From assembly GCA_003971905.1 (NCBI GenBank), contig RSEE01000032.1:620001-684000 (forward strand): DNA of 64,000 bases, read 5' to 3'. The notes under the pieces are model-generated. The model worked only from the letters and a program-made list of their open reading frames with translations. It had not been told where the DNA came from and did not search any database. Shown in pieces: positions 24,967 through 37,614 of the stretch. The translations under genes were made by a program, and so were the position numbers. The DNA is from Moniliella sp. 'wahieum'. Taxonomy: Eukaryota. Within the stretch, counting starts at the first letter, position 1, and every line of letters starts with the position of its first letter.

Positions 24967-26425
24967 TTACCCGGCATCGTCTGTGGTCAGTGCCCAACGG
25001 GAGTCTACACTGTTACCGAAGGGGGGGGGGAAGGGGTGGCACGTGCGGGCGCGCCCTGGCCCCGTCCCACTCGTCGCAGAGTGAGGGGGGCCAACCGAGG
25101 CAAGCCATTCTGTGCCCAGCTGCTCGTCACGGACCAAGCGCGGTGCAGCAAGGGCCAACGCGTCCCGTTCGACCGGATGCAGGCTCGCAGAATCGGGAAG
25201 AGGCAGGATGCGCAACACACTCCCCGTTCCCGACGTGAGCAAGATGGGCACGGCACAGAACCGCATTTGCTGCCGGGTGGCCCGAGGCAAATGGGAAAAC
25301 AGACGGTTCCGCACCTCGTTCCCACCCTTGGCATCCGAAGCCAAATCTACCATCGCGTACCCTTCTTCCAAAAACGGAGACAAGCGCGACGCGGCGCGCG
25401 CTTGGATCAGAGCTAAGATCAACCGCGCCGCAGCAGCGGCATGGACAGCGTGGCTGCGCCCCCGGCCGCCGCTGCCTTGGCCTGAACCACGTCCATACCG
25501 GCTTGTCTGAATGCGGTGGACGAGCGTCGCGTACCGTTCACTTTCTTCCTCGGCAGGCAAGCTGGGAAGCGACGGACGACAGAGCGAGTAAGGGCACGAT
25601 CGTCTGGCCCGAATGGCCTCCGACGACAGGCACCTTGACCCGAGTTGCTACCTCTGGGTCGTCCATCTCGGAGGCCACAAACGTCTCGGCGCGAAACAGG
25701 TCCAGAGTGGTGACGCCAAACAAGCTGGTTTTAAACACAACAATAACGAATGAGGGGGGGGGGGGATTAGCTGGGAGCGACAATGATGGCCCACCGACGG
25801 ACAACGACAAAAGTCAAGAAAGAGATGCGTACCGCTGCGGATCGTACCGTTCCCATGCGCTAAGCACGCCAGCCACAATGGGCACGAGCGAGTTGACTGG
25901 GTTCGAAACAACGGCGACCAGGGTGGTGGCGGGCGCGTAGCATGCAATCGCCTCGGCCATCTCGACCATGATGGCCGCATTTAACTGGAACAACTTTCCC
26001 GCTCCATCCGGGCCGGAAGGCGGCACTGGCACAGATCACCACCACATCGGCGTCCTTCAGGGCGGCGGGCAGACCACCGCCATAGCCAGAGGGCAAATAA
26101 GCAGTGACGCGCGCTTTGCTCGGCACATGGGACAGGTCAGCGGCAATGCCGGGCGTGTCGGTACGGCTGTACAGGGCCAGCTCCGAGACGTGCGGCGACA
26201 GTTTGAGCAACAGCGCCAGTGGCTGACCCACGTTGCCTGCTGCACACTGTGGAGCGGAGATAGAGACGAAAGGGAAAGCAGGTCAGTCCACAGCATGCCG
26301 ACGGTCCCAACCGCAGTTGAAGAGCATTATTGCCCCTCGGTTCGGGTACTCTCCTCTCATCTGCGTCTTGCCAGATAGGACAGGGGAGACAGGAACGTGA
26401 CGCACAGAAGAGCAACTTTGACCAT
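24967..26425 (-). CDS. Divergent malate-dehydrogenase-family 2-hydroxyacid dehydrogenase
   Basis: MVKVALL(G)[73 protein letters not shown]. Introns 26247-26405 and about 25725-25831. Several 1-nt indels; stop approximate. Confidence 0.9.
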
Positions 26426-27234
26426 GGTGATTGGAAAGGGAGAGGAGAGGTGGTGGCACAACTACAGTGGCGGTAGCAAGGAGTGCGGCAAGCGAGAGGG
26501 CATTTCTGTCGTTTATACTTGGTGGGCCGAACCATACAACGCAGGCGAACGGACAGACCCATCCCAATGGCAGCCCGCCAGTAGCCGCCCTGCGTCGGCG
26601 TGCCTGCTTCCCCAGTCCTGCGCGGGAATCATGGACTAATCATTAATCATTAATCACCCCACAACTACCCGACCCCCCTCGCCTATGTTGGGCACGCCAT
26701 GCTTGGTCCTGGGCAGCCGAGCGGCTGCGGCGGACGCCTCAGCGGGCCTCAGCGGGCCTCAGCGCCTCAGCGCCTCCGCTACCACAGGCTACCCGTCTGG
26801 CTAGTGGCATGCCATGCATGACCCAGGTGGTACCTACATAGTACTGCTTGCATCTGCCTGCCTCTTGCTTGTGCTTCGTCTCGGCTGCTCTGCCCTCTCG
26901 CCGCCGCATGGAGGGGTGTGCAGGACGCGCAATCCTGGGCGGCCTGGGCGCGAGGTCGAGCCGAGGCGCTTCAAGCTCCGCCGCCCAAGCCACGCTTTCG
27001 TCTGGTCTTAGCTCTCACCAGTGCAACACCCCAGGCTGTTCGGCAGGGCCCCCACGCAGAATGCGGTGGCCAGCACACTCAACTCAGCACTCAGCCAGCA
27101 CTCAGCACTCAGGTATTTTGTCTATTCCTTATCTCTCCACTTTCGCACCCCCTGCCCCCCTTGCGTCTAAACATCCCTAGTGAAACCGGGAGCGGGTTGC
27201 TGGTTGCGGGTGGCATGTGGAGGCACGGTTGGGG

Positions 27235-28067
27235 CTAGGCCGTGGCCAAGACTGGTAGCTGCAGCTGGTGGTCGAGGAGCACTGCACACCGCTTGTGCGG
27301 TCAGTACACTCGGCTGACTACGCGGAAAGACGAGGGGGAACGGAAACGGGAAACGGGAAACGGGAAACCGGGGAAACGGGGAAACGGGGGGACGTACAGC
27401 GGTACACGGCGTCGCGGAACGGGTCCGAGTCGACGCCGCGGGTGCGGGAGTAGGCTGGGTCGACTACGCCAGGCAAGCTTTCAGCGTCGAGTGGGGGGTC
27501 GGTATGGTCCAAGCGCACGTCTCCACCCGGGTTGAGCGCAACAAACGCGCGCCACGGCCGGCCCACACTTCCTGCAGCACGTCCTTGACTGTCTCGCCGC
27601 CTGGCAGCAGGTTGGGCGGCACGGTTTTTTCCTCGGGCAGCGAGGGGGCGGTCCAGCGCGCGACAAAGGAGGTGCTCGTCTCGCGCGGGTGCGGGTGGAT
27701 GGCAGGTAAAGGGTCGGTGAGCAGGACAAAAGTGTGGCCGGTAGGCGCTTGAAAATGCGTGAGCGAGTAAGAAGGGGTAGTGTAGCTGTCCAATGTCGCA
27801 CTCTCGTTCGCAGCTAGCGTGCGCGCCAAGTTGCGCAACGAGTACACCACACCATACACCAACTTGCTCTCTTCCGACAACGGTAGTCGGCCCTCCACCG
27901 GCCTGACGTCTCGCCCGCCGCTGCAGGCGCCACACGGCAACCCCCCTCCGCCACCGGCGACGTCGATGGCGCATGCAGCAGGTCAGCAAACCATACCAGC
28001 TGCGTATGCCGGTCAAAGATGTACAGCTTTTGCGCGCGCACAACGCGCGCTTCGTGTCGGTGCTCAT
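27235..28067 (-). CDS. BET5: TRAPP complex subunit Bet5/TRAPPC1 (sybindin family)
   Basis: LYIFDRH...W; EESKLVYGVVYSLRNLARTL; SYTTPSYSLTHFQAPTGHTFVLLTDP; GVDSDPFRDAV. Likely terminal intron starting GTACGT near 27396. Confidence 0.85.
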
Positions 28068-28450
28068 GCGCGCGCTGGGGAGGGAGGGGGGAGGGAAGCG
28101 GTGGTGGAGGTGGTGGAGGCCAGCGCGGCCGCGACGCAGGCGCCTGACCCACTCACTGCACCACCCATCCCGCGGCGGGGGCGAGGGCGAGAGCGGGGCG
28201 GGCGTTGGCATTTTGAAATTCTGCCACGTGGCGCGCTTGGGTGCTGGGCCAACGGATCAGGAGCCGGCCAGCAGAGAGTGGGTGACCGGTGACCGGTGAC
28301 GCATGACGCGTGACGGGTGAAGCAGGTCGGTGCGCTTGCGGGCGCCCGGCGCCGATGCCTCCCCCGCCCGCCCGCCATACGCATACCTTTCCCCCCTCGC
28401 CTGTTCCCTCGAGCGCGGTGCGATCTGCGACGGGCAGGATGATCGCTGGG

Positions 28451-29159
28451 ATGCACAGCACGCTGACGCGCTTCAACAGCATCACGTCGTTTGCCACCAC
28501 GTGCTGTTTGTTGTGTTGAGCGCGGTGGCGCTGGTGGCGTATCCGTTTGGCTATGCCCCGTTGCCCGGGTCGATTGAGGTGCGGGAGTTGCGGGTGGAGC
28601 GCGCGCGGCCTGGGTACGGGTACGCCCACCGCCCGCTGCAAGAGGTGGGCAGGGTAGAGTTTAGCTTGGATGCCGATCTGCGCGGACTGTTCAACTGGAA
28701 CACGAAGCAAGTCTCCTCTCCCTCAGTGCGGTGTACGACGCGCCGCCCAAGAAAAAGTCCGCGTGCTGCGGCCCACGCCCAAGACCACAAAGCCCTCGCA
28801 CCCGGCCACGTCCGCCGCTCGAACGAAGTCGTGCTGTGGGACCATATCGTCCAAGATCGCCACGAGGCGCATCTCGTCCTCGACCACGTCAAGGCCAAGT
28901 ACCTGCTGCGCGAAGTAGGACGCACGTTCAAGTACGTTTTTTCTTTCTTTCTTTCTCCCCTGCTCACCTTGCTTGCTTGCTTGCTTGCTTGCTTTGCTCT
29001 CGCGCACCCTACTATGGCCACTGGACTGACCCGCATGCAGGGGCGTCAACGAAACAACGTTGGTGGTGCGGTGGGAACGTGATGCCCCACGTCGGATTCC
29101 TGGCCTATGGCGAGCAGGTCCGCTCGGGCAAGATCGCGCTCCCTGTGGCCACGGTCTAG
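28451..29159 (+). CDS. SPC3: Signal peptidase complex subunit Spc3 (SPC22/23)
   Basis: MHSTLTRFN, N-terminal hydrophobic segment, FSLDADLRGLFNWNTKQV, NEVVLWDHIV, KAKY, NVMPHVG; intron from about 28932 (GTACGT) to about 29040. Confidence 0.92.
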
Positions 29160-29437
29160 TCTAATGGATGGGATGGTTCTGGTGAACCGCTGGGAATTAA
29201 AGGAAGAGGTAGGCTCGCAGGCACGGCAGGGCAGGGTACAAGGTACAAGGTACAAGGTACAAGTACATGTCTTTTGGGGTCGAACTAGGACCTAGGCGCA
29301 CCAGTCCCAGTCCATAGCGCACGGGCACTGGGCATCCTACACCTCGTTCCGCCAGAGCGGAGCAGCATGCGCTTCGTCTCTCCCCTGCTTTTGCTGCGCC
29401 AGGGGGTGGGGGGGTGGGGGGGGGGGGGTGTAGCTCG

Positions 29438-29773
29438 TCATACGTTGAGAGGTTGGATGAGGTAATGTTGCTTCCCTTGAGGAGGATACGGCCTGGTGTG
29501 TGTGTCAGCCTGCACTGGGACACAAAAGCGAACAGAAAAACAGGAACAGGGGAACAGGACGCGGACCTACCCAAGCGCTGGCGCTCGCCCGAGCCGACCT
29601 GCACCTCGTGCGCGTCGGTCAGCACCACGTTCATAAACTCGTCAAACCCGACAATCTTGCCCTCGATGCGAGAGGTGGTTTGTCGTACAGCCAGAGACTG
29701 ACGGGCGCTTGTTCCTGCAGGTGACGGAAGATGACGTTGATCGGCTGCACAAGCACCTTCTGCTGCTCGACAT
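29438..29773 (-). CDS. SME1: Small nuclear ribonucleoprotein Sm E
   Basis: KVLVQPINVIFRHLQ...LWLYD...RIEGKIVGFDEFMNVVL.DA.EV...LG|RILLKGSNIT; one intron near 29493-29569. Confidence 0.95.
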
Positions 29774-30339
29774 GGCGGCGGGCGGCGGGATCGTCGTCGT
29801 CGTCGTCGTCTTTGTTGTCTCTGTCGGTCTCGCTCTTCATTGGGATGGCGGCCCAGGACAGCCAGGCGGATTTCGCGGGGATTACATAACCACACTCGTC
29901 CCTCTTCAATGTTCAATTTGCAATCCCAACATCTCACTTCTCCCCCAGCTGGCTTTGGCGTGTGCTACTAGAATTTGGGGCCCCCGCGACTTCTGGCTAT
30001 CGAGGCTAGCGAAGAGATGTAAGAAGAATGGCGAGATGGCCAGTGCGTTCGATTTCTGATGACCTTGAGTCAGGCAGGAGCATAGCAGGAAGTGCAAGGA
30101 TACGGGCAGAATAAGACAACAGATACACACTTTACATTCCTGGGGGGTTGGCGTCCGCGGCACGATACCGCTCCAGCCTCAGGTAGTGAGGGGGGGGGGG
30201 TACCACCTGGTACAGAACCCCATTCTCGGCATCACAGGAGTGTCCCAGCTGTACTGTTGACCGGCCACGTGCGACCAGGGCATCAGTCCTCACAAATCAT
30301 GCCCGCCCCGAAGGCAGACTTGGACAGACGGATGAACCC

Positions 30340-31560
30340 TCAAGCCACAGGGTCTCCCCGAGCCCGTGGGCCAACGCCTGCTTCCGTCCGTCGACAAGGG
30401 TCAGAGGCGAGGCAAGGTGGCCGCAGCGTCGGGGCCAAGGTCGATGGCGTGGTGAGCGGCGAGCGGCACCGTTGGGCGGAAAGTGTCGTAGCCCCTGGTC
30501 GTAGCCCCTGACGTGTATAGTGGGACGGGCTCGAGGTACGCGCGTGTGTCAAACTCGTCGGGAACCGTTGGCTCGAGACCGTTAGCGACTGCGATGGACC
30601 AGATGGCCAACTCGGGCCGACGGGAAAGTGACGGTTACCATGGCCTCGGGTTTCTGACCGCCTCGAGCTCAAACTGCTCTCCAGTAGAGAGATACGGTCC
30701 CCCGCACACGATATAATCGGAAGATAATGCCGTTCACATTCCACACGTTCTCAAGGCAACGGCACTTTGGTGAACGACACGGACGTTGTTGCTGCGGTTA
30801 CTTGGCAATAGGCCCGTCATCGACGTTGGCCTTGGATATGCACACAACATCGTGGCATCTGGGCTGGGAGAGGTGTAGCCTCAACCCACTTCAACGGCAA
30901 AGGGTGGCGTGATCCGTGGGGGGTGCAATGCGACAAGAGTAAGGAACGCATACCACATCGCCGCAGCCCAATGTGCAGGTACGATGTTGGTGAGCCCAGT
31001 GACATGTACTCGTCCCAGTCAAGTAGAACCTATCTCATCTCGACATTTCTCGCGCATCTCGTAGTGGGCACTTGGGTCGAGATGGAAAGTGGGGCCGAGA
31101 GTGTGGTTCACCTTATTGTGTGGGACTGTTGACACCGGGTGTGGATTGCTGCAGACAGAGCTGGTTGCCGTTCTCGAATATACACAGTGCAACCACGTCA
31201 TCAGTGGCCATAAACCTTGAACGGGGCCATGGTAGAAACTGTGAGAAGGAGGGTGCGCTCCTTCTCCAAACTTTACTGAGAAGCCCAGGCTCAGGGCACG
31301 AGAGGCTGTTGCACGCTGGGCGTCGGCACGGCGTGTGGCGGCACAACCGAGCCCGAGTCCGTCCTGCAAAAGGAGCACAGGGCAAGGCATCTTTGTTGAA
31401 AGGCGCCGTTCTCGTTAGTGGGGCCAAACCGACCACCGCAACAGGGGCCTCCGCAAAGGGAGTTGGGCACAGGTTGAAGACGGTATCGGATGCCTGTTGA
31501 ACGTTTGAACGTTGATGGGTCGCTGTCGGTATGGGTGATGGTGGGGGCTGCGGCAATGTT
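30340..31560 (-). other. Possible hypothetical or degraded gene
   Basis: Several protein-like minus-strand fragments (e.g. AIWSIAVANGLEPTVPDEFDTRAYLEPVPLY) that I could not join into a recognisable product. Confidence 0.2.
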
Positions 31561-33648
31561 AAACGGTAGCCGGTAACGACCCAATCCCCACCGGATGCGA
31601 CGACGGGGTTAGGCCTTAGCCTTAGCGGTCATGGCATCCTTTTTGCTCAGTTGAGCCGAAGCGCTCTCAGCCCCTTTGTTGCGGATATACGATCGTCATG
31701 CGTCACTCACGAGCAAGCAGCTGGGGGGGGGGACAGTGGGGACCTGGTACCCGGTACTCGACAATCGGGATGGCAGCGGCTGGTTATCGACCGGCTATCG
31801 AATCGACGGTGTATCTTCCAGTAGACCGGAACGGATCCTGTGTACTCAGATTGGGTTCTGGAACGGATCCTGAGACACGGGAGCCGTTGCGTGCGTACCG
31901 GTGCCTTGGGTAGTCCACACTGGTGTCGGACCGAGGTGATCGAAGTTAGCTGTGAGACGCACCAAGTAACCTGCTGTAACCTGCTGTAACGTACTGAACA
32001 CGCTGCAACATGCAACCGGCTGGACCGGGGACCGCAATCGTTCATCGAAGACGGGGCAAGGCACTTGGAGCTTGGGTTGGGAGGATGGTCGATGGTCCTA
32101 GACCCTGGCAGACCCTGAGGCATGAGCGAGACCAGAGGCGCAAAGGCGCAAGCCACTCCCGCTGCCAAACTCGCCGGCGGGCAGGGCGCCAGCGTCACGC
32201 GTCAGCTCGCTGCAATGAAACGTTGAACGTTCAACTGAACGTTCAGTCGAACGGTGCTGGTGAACCTGGGAATTTGGCTGCAAAAAGGAATACTCGGTTG
32301 AGTCTCGTCGTTCGTGCCGTACGAACCACACCGAAGCCCAGCCGGACCGGGGGGCGCAGCCATGATACATGAGATCTGAGAGGGAGGGGTGCTCATGCAT
32401 GCCGTGGTGCTGCATTCCCTATTCACATGGGCCAGAGCATGGGGTGCGTCAACTGTTTGTGGCGGGCGGACCCCCCTGCATGGAACGCGTACCGGGTAAA
32501 CATGATTCATCTTCCGGGGGGGTAACCGGTAATAGGTCTTGGGAGCGCGTGACCGCTGCAAGCCCGAGAGCAGCGAGCTGTGTTTGTGAGCGGATGCGAT
32601 CTGAGAAGAGGACTAAGCCGCTGAGGCAGCCGGGGTGCACGCTCAAATCTTCTCGATTCCATTTGGCTCAAGTTTGGAGGGAGGAATGAACGGGGGGGGT
32701 GGTTGTGCGCTGATGCAGCAGAAAGAAAAGGCCAGATGCAAAGAAACCGCAAGCGGCAGAGCGCATCAGCATCCCACTACGCCGGGGTGCAGCCAGTCCC
32801 AGTGATGAGAGCGGTCTGTGGGCAAAAAGTTTCAAGCGTATGCATGGGGGCGTCCAGCGGGGGCTCAGCAAGCTGCTCTGGTATGGGCGGGTAGCGGTGT
32901 GCTTGTGCAGCATGGCATTATGTGCCCCGCAGGCCGTACATACAGCTAGGCCTTAGGCCTACTGGGCCTTCTTGTGATTTGGTGGTACACGTTACAGGGT
33001 CCCTGGGTTCTGTTGATGGGGGTGGCCGATGGGCGGAGCTTAATCGAGAATCGAGAATCGAGAATTGATAATCGATAATCGCTGGCCAGCCGAGGAGGAA
33101 TGGCAGGGCAGCGCATGCCTTCGGAACGCGTCGTAGATATTGGAGCGCCTGCTGCCCAAGCCGCACCCAAGCCTAACCCCCCGGCCCCGCCACGCAGGCC
33201 GAGCCCTCAGCCGCAGACGACAGCCTGACCAGCGCACCTCCGCCGCTTCCGCCGCTGCGGGGCCGAAAGAGGGCAGGAGGGGGTACCAGTTAGCCGCTTG
33301 GACAGCAGCGCCCGCACGGCGCCAGTGCCAGCCCGCCCGGTTGGGCCACAGAGCACCCAGCCACGGCCCACACAGGCGCTGTGCCGGCGCGGGGGGGAGC
33401 AGCGGGCGAGTTTGGGTGCGTTGGGCGGTGGCTAGCGAGGCAAAACCCCGCAGGGCGGCAGTGTAGCGGCGCAGTGCCTGGGCAGCTGGGTGCAGCTGCT
33501 GCGGCGGCGGGGTGGCAGGCCCAAGTGGGACATGGCTGCAGCCGGCATGTGCATGCTGCATGCGTGAGACGCGCCCCACACAGCCCCCGCCACGGCCTGC
33601 GCCCAAGCCAACGCGCACGAAAGCGCACGCAAGCCCAAGGCGCGACAG

Positions 33649-33684
<36 letters not shown>

Positions 33685-34138
33685 GTGGTGGATGGTGGAC
33701 AGGCAGCACGGGGCGTTCGCGCTGAGCAGCACTGGGCGGGTGCTGCGCGGCCAGGTGGCAGCCATGATGCATGATGCATGATGCATGATGCATCCTGCAT
33801 GGGGCATGCGGCCGCACACCGGCGCATGTGATGCATGTCACGCGGCCCACGTCACGCGCCAGCGCTGGGGCCGCAGCCACGGGGGCGGCGAGCCGGCGCA
33901 AGGAGGCAGGCGGCACAGAGCAGCAGTGGCTGGCTCAGCTGCAGCTGCAGCTGGCTTCGGCCGGTGCTTGCGGCTGCCTTCTGGTGGTTTGCTTTGCTTG
34001 CTTGCTTTGCTTGCTTGCTTTGCTTGCTTGTTGCTTGCCTTGCGTGCGTTGCGTTGGTTTGCTGCTGCCTTCTCTGTCCCTTGTGCCCATCGCCTGCCTC
34101 CTCCCTCCCATCCCCCTCCATCGCCACCCCCCCCCGCC

Positions 34139-37100
34139 ATGTCGGCGCCCCCCCTGCCTGGGCACACCCCCACCCCCAGCACCCACGCCAGCCTCAGCCC
34201 CACCACCGCCGCCTGGGACGCTCCCCTGCTCGATGCGCGCTCCCTCTCCTCCTCCTCCGCCACCAGCAGCCACGACGGCTCCGAGCACCACGGCTCCTGG
34301 TCCAGCGAGGAGAGCGCCCCCACCAGCCTCGCCACCCGCGACAGCCACGGCGACCCCGACGACGACCCCGACGACGACGACCATCCCCACGACTACCACC
34401 ACCAGCCCCACCCTTCTCCCCTCTCCCGCTCCCGCTCCCGCTCCCCCCCTCCGAATGCCCCCCGCTGCGCACCCGCCTCTTCCGCCCTCGCGCTGGCTCC
34501 CGCGCTCGTGGAAACATGCCCCCTCCAGCCTGCCCTCTCAGGCCGACGAAGCGCCCCGCCCCGACCGAGAGGCCGACGGTGCGCCACCCGCACCCGCTTC
34601 CGCTGTCCTCGGTCTTGGCATTGGTCTCGACGACCGTCGGGGCAGCGCCGCCAGCGTAGGCTCCGCCGGCACCGTCCGCGTCTCCACTGTCGCCGACGAT
34701 CCCTCCGGTCCCATGCCTACGCTGCGCCGACACCCTCGTTCCGAAGAACGCCTACTGCGCTCTTCGGCCTCCACCCCCTCCACCCGTCCAAGAGGAAGCA
34801 GTTTCCGCGGCCATGTATCCACCCACCCGTGGCCCGTGGACGTCGACGCGCACCCGCGCCCGATCCCTTCCCGTCCAACCAGTCGCGCCAGCGCGTCGCG
34901 TCTCGTCCCCAGCGGGAGCCGGAGCGCCAACCCCCACACCTCCCCCAGGGTAGACACGCGCCGTCCAGCCCTCCCCCCGGCCGTGGACGGCACCAAGTCA
35001 CTGCTCCCATTGCCACCACCGCGATCAACCAACTCTTGTCGGCATTCCAGTACGAGTATGGCGGCGACCGAAATCATCAGCTTCCCTTTGCTGCGCGGCG
35101 GGGCAGCGCCGAGGCGAGTACGGGACTGGGACCGAGCCAAGACGCGGACCAAACCATCTCCTCCCCGCCTCCAGAATCGGAGGACCGGCCGCTCTCGCCA
35201 GACCCGCACCGCTTACGCCCCGTTTCCTCCTCCGCACCGCTGAGGAGGAAAAGGAGAAAACTGCCCCGACCAGCTACGGCAGATGCAGCGCTTCCGACAG
35301 GCGACCAGGCCGGGCCCAGTGCGTGGCGGCCGCGGCCGCCCCTGGCCGGCACAGAGTCAGACGGGACAATGAGAGCTTCGCAAGGGACTGGAGGCCTACT
35401 CCTTCTCCAAACCAGCCTCCTACAGTCCCTCTCCTACCCTCAACACCCATCCCCTCCCTGACGTTCCCGGCGCCCCCGCTGCCGCCGCCGCCGGCGAAGA
35501 AGAAGAGGTGGTGCTCGATGCGGTCGGGGACGCGGAGGGCAGGACTGCCGCCACCCGCCTCGGCTCCTTCCCACCGCAGTTCCACCGCTACCCCCTCACC
35601 TCTCCGGCCGAGGGCGCGGTGCCACGTGGCTCGAGCCAAGATGCGGCAGCGGCAGGTCCTAGGCCCCGGATGCACCGCAGCCGTTCCCGGCCGCGGAGGA
35701 GACGGATGCCGCGGGTCGCGGGCCGAGATGGTGGCGCTTTCCAGTTCGTGGGAGTTTGCGCCCCATGGCTTGGACGAAGGGAACTGGTCACGCTGTGCGA
35801 GCTGGTATTTGAAACGGTGCTCTACATGCCCGCCAGCGTGGCCGAGGCCGAGCGGTATCTCGCTGCGTTGGGCGGGCGGCAGACGTGCATTGCGCCCTAC
35901 CGGACGTTGGGCGATCATTTGGGCATTGCCATGGGCTCCATTTCCGGGTTTCTGCACTCGATGCGGCGCCTGTACGCGCCCGCAGTGGCCTACCACAACT
36001 TTGTGCATGCCGCCGACGTGTTCCAGGCGTCGTACTACTTTCTGGTCCAGATTGGCGCCATGCCGCCGACCCAGTTGCTGATTGAGCAGGTGCCCTCGAT
36101 GGGCCGCCACTGGGCCAAGGCTGCAGCGCACATTATCCGCTCCCCGCTCGAGCCGGCCGACGTGCTAATGGTGCTCTTTGCGGCGATTGGCCACGACACG
36201 GGCCACATGGGCTTGTCCAACAAGTTTCTGGTCAATGGCAAGGCGCCGCTGAGCCAAGCGTTTGAGGGCAAGTCGCCGTTGGAAAACTACCATGCGCTGA
36301 TGCTGGAAGAGTGCATGGCGGCGTATGGCCTGGGCGGGCTGATCTTTGAAGCCAGCGCGTACGACGACCCACCGCCGCCAAGCGAATTTTTTGGCCAACT
36401 TGGTCATGCCCTGCCCGCCGCGCCGCGCACAAAACGCACCCAGCTCGGCGAACTGATGCACATGTGCATCCTCTCCACCGACATGGCCCTCCACTTCAAC
36501 TACCTCTCTGCGCGCTACAGAGCTTGACGCTCCACCTTACCCATCTCACCGCCTCTCCCTCGAGGCGGGCGCTAAAATGCGCTCCTTGCCACGCGACCAG
36601 GTCACGTTGCTGTGCTGCGCACTGCTCAAGTCGAGTGACATTTGCAATCCCTTGCGCCGCCTGCCCATTGGTCGCTACTGGTCCGTTGCGCTCCGACGCG
36701 AATGGGCCCGGCAACGCGACTTGGAACAGGGATGTGCGTTGCCCGTCACGGTCGGCCGCACCGGCGCAGCTCGACAGCCCCTCGTCCACCGACGAGTCGG
36801 ACGGCGACGGCGACGGCGAAGCCGACGCGGAAGCCGATGCCGATGCGGAAGTCGAGGCGGAAGGGGACGAGTCGGACTGCCCTCGTCCAGAGCTCGGTAC
36901 GACGATGCAGTGCCGCCCAGGCCGTTTGCCGCGCCGGCGGCGGCGGCGGGAATCATACCTCGTCCGGAACGGCCTATGCCGCCCACTCGGTCCCCCTGCG
37001 CCAGTTGCCCGAAGAATTCGCCTTGGCCCGCGCCAAATTTACTTTATGGAAGTGTTTGCCATCCCGCACTTTGAAATGCTCGCTGGCGTGTTTCCTGGTA

Positions 37101-37614
37101 CGTCCTTTTCTTTTCTTTCTTCTTGGTGTTGGGCCCCATCCCACAACTGTACCTTGTGCTTCCTCGCGCGTACTAACCTTGGCCTCCGTTTGCACTTCTT
37201 CTCTCCTATCCTTTTCTCTTCTCTTCTTTCTTCTCCCTTACCTCTGCTCTCCTCCACCCAGATCTGCAACTACTGCACGACACGGCGGTAGCCAACTACG
37301 ATGCGTGGAAAGAGCATCTGACGCACGTTGCCGCGCGCATTGGCTCGCCCGAGTCGCCGCCCCCAGCCAAGGAGGTACCGCAAGAAGCGAGTGCACGGCG
37401 GATTGCCCAACTCTTCGCCTCGTCCGAACTCGCTGTGCCCAGTATCTTTGTCCCGGCCCACGCTACGGAGGAAGGACCGTTGCCTGCCGACCAGGCGCTT
37501 ACCGCCGTACAGAACACCATCCTCACCCTCGTCCAGGGCGTCCATCCACGCCGCCTCCGCGCACGCTCCGAAGCTGACATCCTCCCCCCCCACCGCCCCT
37601 TGGTCCCCGTCTGA
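34139..37614 (+). CDS. PDE2: Class I (HD-domain) cyclic-nucleotide phosphodiesterase, Pde2-like
   Basis: VAYHNFVHAADVFQA; AAIGHDTGHMGLSNKFLVN; SPLENYH; ILSTDMALHF; LLKSSDICNP; QIYFMEVFAIP. Intron about 37098-37261. Long low-complexity N-terminus; ends approximate. Confidence 0.9.
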
